A stretch of 64,000 bases of DNA from positions 35,297,967 through 35,361,966 of the forward strand of contig CM120640.1 in NCBI GenBank assembly GCA_051362555.1, written 5' to 3'. Made by a program: the position numbers and the translations under genes. Positions 61,375 through 64,000 of the stretch are shown here, piece after piece; position 1 is the first letter of the stretch, and every line of letters begins with the position of its first letter. Under the pieces are notes generated by a model. The model saw nothing but the letters and a program-made list of their open reading frames with translations, did no database searches and was not told where the DNA came from. This stretch comes from Lingula anatina (Eukaryota; Animalia; Brachiopoda).

Positions 61375-63796
61375 TCAAGACGTCCTGAAACTCCTAATTT
61401 CACCCATAGGCATAGAAACACCCTGTCTCTGTAACTCTCGCAGCACTTCTAATATGGAGTCCAGCTCTATCCTAAATCTTTCTGTCTCTTGATTTTTCAC
61501 CTCCACCATGCGTCTCCATTTGTCTACTTCTCTATTCAGTTCCACCCCGGCATTCAGTTTAGTGTTTCGGATGATCTGTTGTAGTTCTTGCTCTCTTTGC
61601 CTGTGCCTGTTTTCCATTTGTGTAATTTTCTCGTGCAGTGCCTCAAAGTGTTTCATTTCCTGCAAATTAAAATATTCACCTTTAAGTATCTATCCTGTAT
61701 AAACGTCACTTTAGCACTAGTAACATAAAGATAATGAATTGATTGTTCTAAATAAACGAAGAATAAGACAGTATGATTATATGGCAATGATAATTATTCA
61801 GATGTACAAGAACCTAAAATGCACCTTCTCTTTCTATAACAATTTATTCACAGTATCTGGAAATTGAAAGACAGTTAACTTCACTTACTGGTGAGTGATG
61901 TTTTTTGGCCTCCCTGAGGTCATCCTGTAACTGTTTCACCTGGGATTCTAAGGCAGTTTCTCTAATTCTAGCTGCAGACAACTGTTCTCTATCTATGTCC
62001 GCCTGGGCCAGTTGTTCTTTCAGGTGCTTTAACATTACCTGTTAGAAAATCATGCTCTACATTTTGTTCTAGTCACACTGCATTTTTCACTGACTTATAC
62101 AATCACCTGCAAACCTGTCTTTTCAAATACCTGAATTTCATTTCTAAAACCAAATACATTATTCTCTACCAAAAACTACATTGCCCAATATTCAAGTAGA
62201 AAATTTTCATGAATCCACAACATAAATCTGTTTGACCATTTGCTTACCAAAAACCATGTCAAAAGTGAGTAAATCAGGGCATTTGGAAAACTGAAATTAT
62301 TTAACTGCATAAAATAGTCCAATGTATCATAGATAACAATCTAGTGACAGGCAGTGATATTCTGTAAGTTTGTTACCTGCTGTGAGTCCACTTTACTTTG
62401 CAGTTCTACCAGTTTCGAAGTGGAGTGCTTCATGGCATGGTCAGTCAGGATCCTCTGGAGCTCATCTTGGTGGGCTTTTCTCAGTGTTGCCATCTATTCA
62501 CGCAGAAAAATATATTTGATTGAAAAATTCTGACACCTTAATGAAAGAGAAAACTGCTGGTTGCAATCTTTTTCTTTCCACATAGCTGTGTGCAATACTT
62601 AGTGTCAACAAGTATCAATTCTCATTTTAATGCCATTACAGCTTAAAGTGTTTAAAAGAAACATTCATCTGTCATAAGTACAGAAAACACAACATAAGAA
62701 ACAAAGATTATAACTTACTTGTTCTGCCATATCTTCCCTAGCCCTTCTGCTAGATGCCTCTGCCTCAGCAACTGCTTTCTGCATGTTAATTCTCTGATGG
62801 TCACACTCTAGCTGTAGCTGGTCAACCTTCAAAATAACAAAATTTTAATGCTTCAATTAAAATAATTGTAAATTTAATCATATCCATGTCCTATTCAAGA
62901 TGTAGCCAAATTCTTAAATAAGCATATGCTTTGCAAAGAAAAAAAATTATGCAAATGTCCATTCGCATATTAAACAAAATGCAAACTACTGTAGCCTTTT
63001 TCAGTCACTGTGGCGATTTTCAACAAAGTCTTCAACTCCTTTACCTACTAATGTACAAGTGAATGTTCATATCTCTGTTTTTCAGTCAAAAAGATCACAT
63101 TTGGATAAAAAAAATCAACAAAACTATACCTGTGCTTTCAATTCTTCATTTTCTCTTTGGACATCTGAGATATGAGATCCAGCAAAAGTCTTGGGTTCAT
63201 ATTCTCTCCCATTCACATAAGGTTCCTGAAAAGCTGGCAAAACCTGTGGTTTCTCTTGCTGCCCTGCAGGATCACGTGGTGATGTCTTCTTGCCAGCCTT
63301 TCCTCTTCCTTTTCCTTTGACAACTGTTTTTCCTATTAAAACGTTTAATAACTTTTCTTATAATTCACATTTTAGTGTGAGCATTTCTCCTGTGCTATGA
63401 ATCTTTATAATAAGCATAAGGTAGTAATACTCTACTTAGAAATTTATCAAATATCAATGAGCAAAATTGTTATAATTATTCATATGCTTTGTGAGATTTT
63501 ACAAGTCTTTTACCCATTAACATTAAACAGCTCAAGACAATTCTACATATGAATTGTATAATGGCCTATCCTGTTTAAATAACAGTGATGAAATGTACCT
63601 TTTTCTCCTGGCCTGACTGCTTGCCTCAGAGCATCCATCTCAACATGTTTCTTCTCAATTTCCAGTTGATTTACCATCTTTCTCAGTACTTCTACTTCTT
63701 TATCTTTGTTGACCAGTTCAAGACTCAATGCCTTCACTCTGAGTTCCAGCTCACTCTCAGCTTCTACAGCTGCCTTGGCTTCTGCTTTGGCTGCAG
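61375..63796 (-). CDS. CEP162: Centrosomal protein CEP162 (QN1/KIAA1009), last six coding exons; 5' part lies beyond the right edge
   Basis: Phase-consistent exons: 63796-63599, 63332-63130, 62826-62719, 62493-62377, 62038-61889, 61659-61375 (TGA). YEPKTFAGSHISDVQRENEELK and [40 protein letters not shown]...EVDKWRRMVEVKNQETERFRIELDSILEVLRELQRQGV match the CEP162 C-terminus as I recall it. Confidence 0.92.
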
Positions 63797-64000
63797 CTGG
63801 AGATTACGAACATTGATAAAACCATATTAATCAATATTCTTGAATACATAAAAATGAAATAAATTAGAGTCATGTTTAATATTCCCCATGACCAGTTTAC
63901 ACAGAGAGATTAAAGGAATGGTCAAACACCTTTGAAAATCTTATTTTGTGAATTACAAAATATAACTTGCTGTAAAAATGAAAACAGATATATATTATTG

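Overview
AT-rich (roughly one-third GC) intron-rich genomic DNA from an invertebrate animal, probably a spiralian such as a mollusc, annelid or brachiopod (inferred from repeat types). It is not prokaryotic. Five protein-coding genes could be reconstructed by hand with phase-consistent GT-AG exons. (1) REV3L, the DNA polymerase zeta catalytic subunit: minus strand, 24 coding exons from 24047 to 145, continuing off the left edge, with a 5.9-kb giant exon. (2) A SPATS1-like gene, plus strand, 32153-34790, head-to-head with REV3L. (3) A CEP126/KIAA1377-like gene, plus strand, about 40.3-55.8 kb. (4) An intronless GT31/beta-1,3-galactosyltransferase-like ORF (58566-60452) whose DxD motif is replaced by EVE. 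(5) The 3' end of CEP162, minus strand, 61375-63796, continuing off the right edge. The introns carry a 5'-truncated Penelope-like retroelement with inverted pseudo-LTRs, two minimal hammerhead-ribozyme motifs and a 13-bp TSD. They also carry an internally deleted Tc1 element, an RTE-like LINE 3' end, a DINE-1/Helentron-type element with 159-bp tandem repeats, several MITE families and branched palindromes. The most notable items are the hammerhead-bearing Penelope insertion, the putative GT31 pseudo-enzyme in an X-box-rich ciliary/centrosomal gene neighbourhood, a multi-uORF REV3L leader, and three phase-compatible alternative first exons plus a SILK+RVxF PP1-docking pair in CEP126. All family assignments come from recalled motifs; no database searches were run.
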